A DNA stretch of 63,788 nucleotides, the filler included, from Sphacelaria rigidula (lineage: Eukaryota): assembly GCA_964200075.2 (NCBI GenBank). It is 8 parts of 8 records of this genome, joined end to end, with 100 filler letters (N's around TTAATTAATTAA, not from the genome) between each part and the next. Parts side by side here need not be neighbours in the genome. Positions count along the whole stretch, not along the records: positions 55,904 to 63,788 come from CAXNAA020013101.1; 7 more parts are not named here. The stretch is one strand, 5' to 3'. Made by a program: the position numbers and the translations under genes. A model generated the notes under the pieces. That model did not search any database and was not told the DNA's origin. It was given only the letters and a program-made list of their open reading frames with translations. Within the stretch, counting starts at the first letter, position 1, and every line of letters starts with the position of its first letter. This document shows positions 62,300 through 63,788 of this stretch, piece after piece.

Positions 62300-62331
62300 G
62301 CCACGTGCGTCAGCCGTGGCTTACCACTAGT
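62300..62331 (+). mobile_element. Candidate Helitron 3' terminus
   Basis: GCCACG..CGTGGC hairpin, 6 nt, then CTAG|T. Confidence 0.35.
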
Positions 62332-62824
62332 CCTATCTTTATTATTAGCGTATTGTCGCTCCGGTCTACGCTGCAATCAAATCGGCGGTGTCCGGATTCC
62401 CCATATTCAATCCAAGTCACCGATGATCCTTATCGGAACATTATTTTCAACACGCCTTAACTATGGAATTGGACTGCGCCTCGACTACGGAATCAAATTC
62501 CTCTTGTGGCTTGCGGCGGCATACCGTAGAAAAAATACTGTGGAAAAAAGTCAGCGTTGAACGCTATTACGAGTTGGAACCTTTATTTCAAATCTATCCG
62601 AAGATACAGTTGAAGCTTGCAGCGGCATCGCCTCTCACGATGCCTGCCTTCCTCTCTCAAGAAATAGTCCATCACGCGGATTTCAAAAGAGCACCTGCTA
62701 CTAGTGCTCATCACGACACAGATTATATAATAGCATCAGCCACAAGAGCACCAGCCAGGCCAGTACGTCATTGCTCAGCCGCTTGCAACAACAGTACTAA
62801 CTTCCTTAGTCCTTTCCCTGCACA

Positions 62825-63155
62825 TTTACATTCGAAACCTTCTGGCGCTTGGACCATGGGTTCGAATCTCGGAGTGATGTGGGATTTTTTCTCATGCCCA
62901 AGAGGGGAGAGCGACTATGTCGTCGGTATACAAAATTCGACTTTCCGGTCGACGAGGGAAAGGGACTGCTGAACCCCTCTCGCGATAAACAAAAAAAAGG
63001 CAAGCACCGCAGAAGGAAGGCGGGGTACTAAAACAAAACAAAACAAAAAAATCTTGTGTTCACCTTCCTCCTGTGTGACCCCGGCTGGTGCGCCCATTTA
63101 CACCGAAAGGTGTAGACCGGCGCCCAGAATAGATGGGACGACAACACACACACAC
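62825..63155 (+). mobile_element. SINE copy (A box decayed or missing)
   Basis: GGGTTCGAATCTC B box, conserved body, (AC)n tail. Confidence 0.88.
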
Positions 63156-63184
63156 CCATGTTCCGTATATGTAGTGCCCCTTAA

Positions 63185-63281
63185 CCCTTAGGCCGCGAGG
63201 TTAGTCTTCTGTTGAATCGGCATCAATTTCAAGTGAAAAAAATATGCATTATCCAGAAAGACTAATCTCGCGGTCTAAGGG
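63185..63281. mobile_element. piggyBac-type MITE, close copy of 30254-30351
   Basis: TTAA|CCCTTAGG...GGTCTAAGGG|TTGA. Confidence 0.88.
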
Positions 63282-63717
63282 TTGAAAGGATACGAATCAC
63301 CAAGAGAGAAATTATGACGTTTGTGTACACAGCTTTACCCTGAACTCAACGTCGAGCGCGCGCTGTTTGCTGGAACAGAAAACATGTCATGAAGACTGTA
63401 TTATTATGCGATTCTGTTTGTTGCTTCTGTCTGTTGCTTCTCTTGTCCGCTGCGAGGTTCCGAGAACCCCTGGGGTGTCCCGGAGTCTAAACCGGATTAA
63501 CGTTTGTGCGTGTGTGTATCAATTCATCTACTAGAAATAGTGTTTTCGTGGGATTGAGAGTAGATGATACGATTGAGAGTGGCTGTGATCATTGGCTTTA
63601 AGTGAGCCATTTTTTTATTCCACGTGTGCTTTTCTTTACCTTCATCACTTGCGTGTGCTTAGAGCTACACGTCGATATCCTACCCAGGAATATCACGGGC
63701 CTCAGTGGCCAGCTATT

Positions 63718-63788
63718 AACAACAAATTGTGCGAATTGAGGTTTAACTTTGAGATGAGGTTCAAGCCTAAAACAGTGCTTTCCTCACA
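63718..63788 (-). mobile_element. Terminus of foldback family A at window end
   Basis: AACAACAAATTGTGCGAATTGAGG... Confidence 0.85.

Overview
Eukaryotic, intron-rich, transposon-dense DNA, most consistent with a brown alga (Phaeophyceae). This is inferred from the LRR N-cap exon type, a bipartite plastid-targeting presequence and the TE content. It is NOT one locus. It is eight unrelated contigs of 7887, 7887, 7887, 7886, 7886, 7885, 7885 and 7885 bp, sorted by length and joined by identical 100-nt spacers (44 N + TTAATTAATTAA + 44 N), so nothing can be inferred across the spacers. Host-gene pieces: two exons of a sphingomyelin/IPC-synthase family gene, an ERO1 relic, an LRR N-cap exon, a 4-exon ERICH2-like gene head-to-head with a plastid-targeted protein gene, and micro-exons of a probable C2-domain protein. 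Mobile DNA: a decayed RTE-type LINE, two decayed Ty3/gypsy elements, a Ty1/copia RNase H fragment, six copies of a tRNA-headed SINE, 98-bp piggyBac-type MITEs, a hAT-type MITE, a G-run-anchored tandem repeat, and a diverse group of foldback/TIR elements with AACA...TGTT-like ends and 4-bp AT-rich target duplications. I see no convincing novel enzymatic system. The best leads are the unclassified foldback group (one copy excises in silico to restore a gypsy gag-pol frame) and a ~4.8-kb decayed, apparently intronless region with a RING-H2 relic. All family assignments are by motif recognition only; no searches were run.
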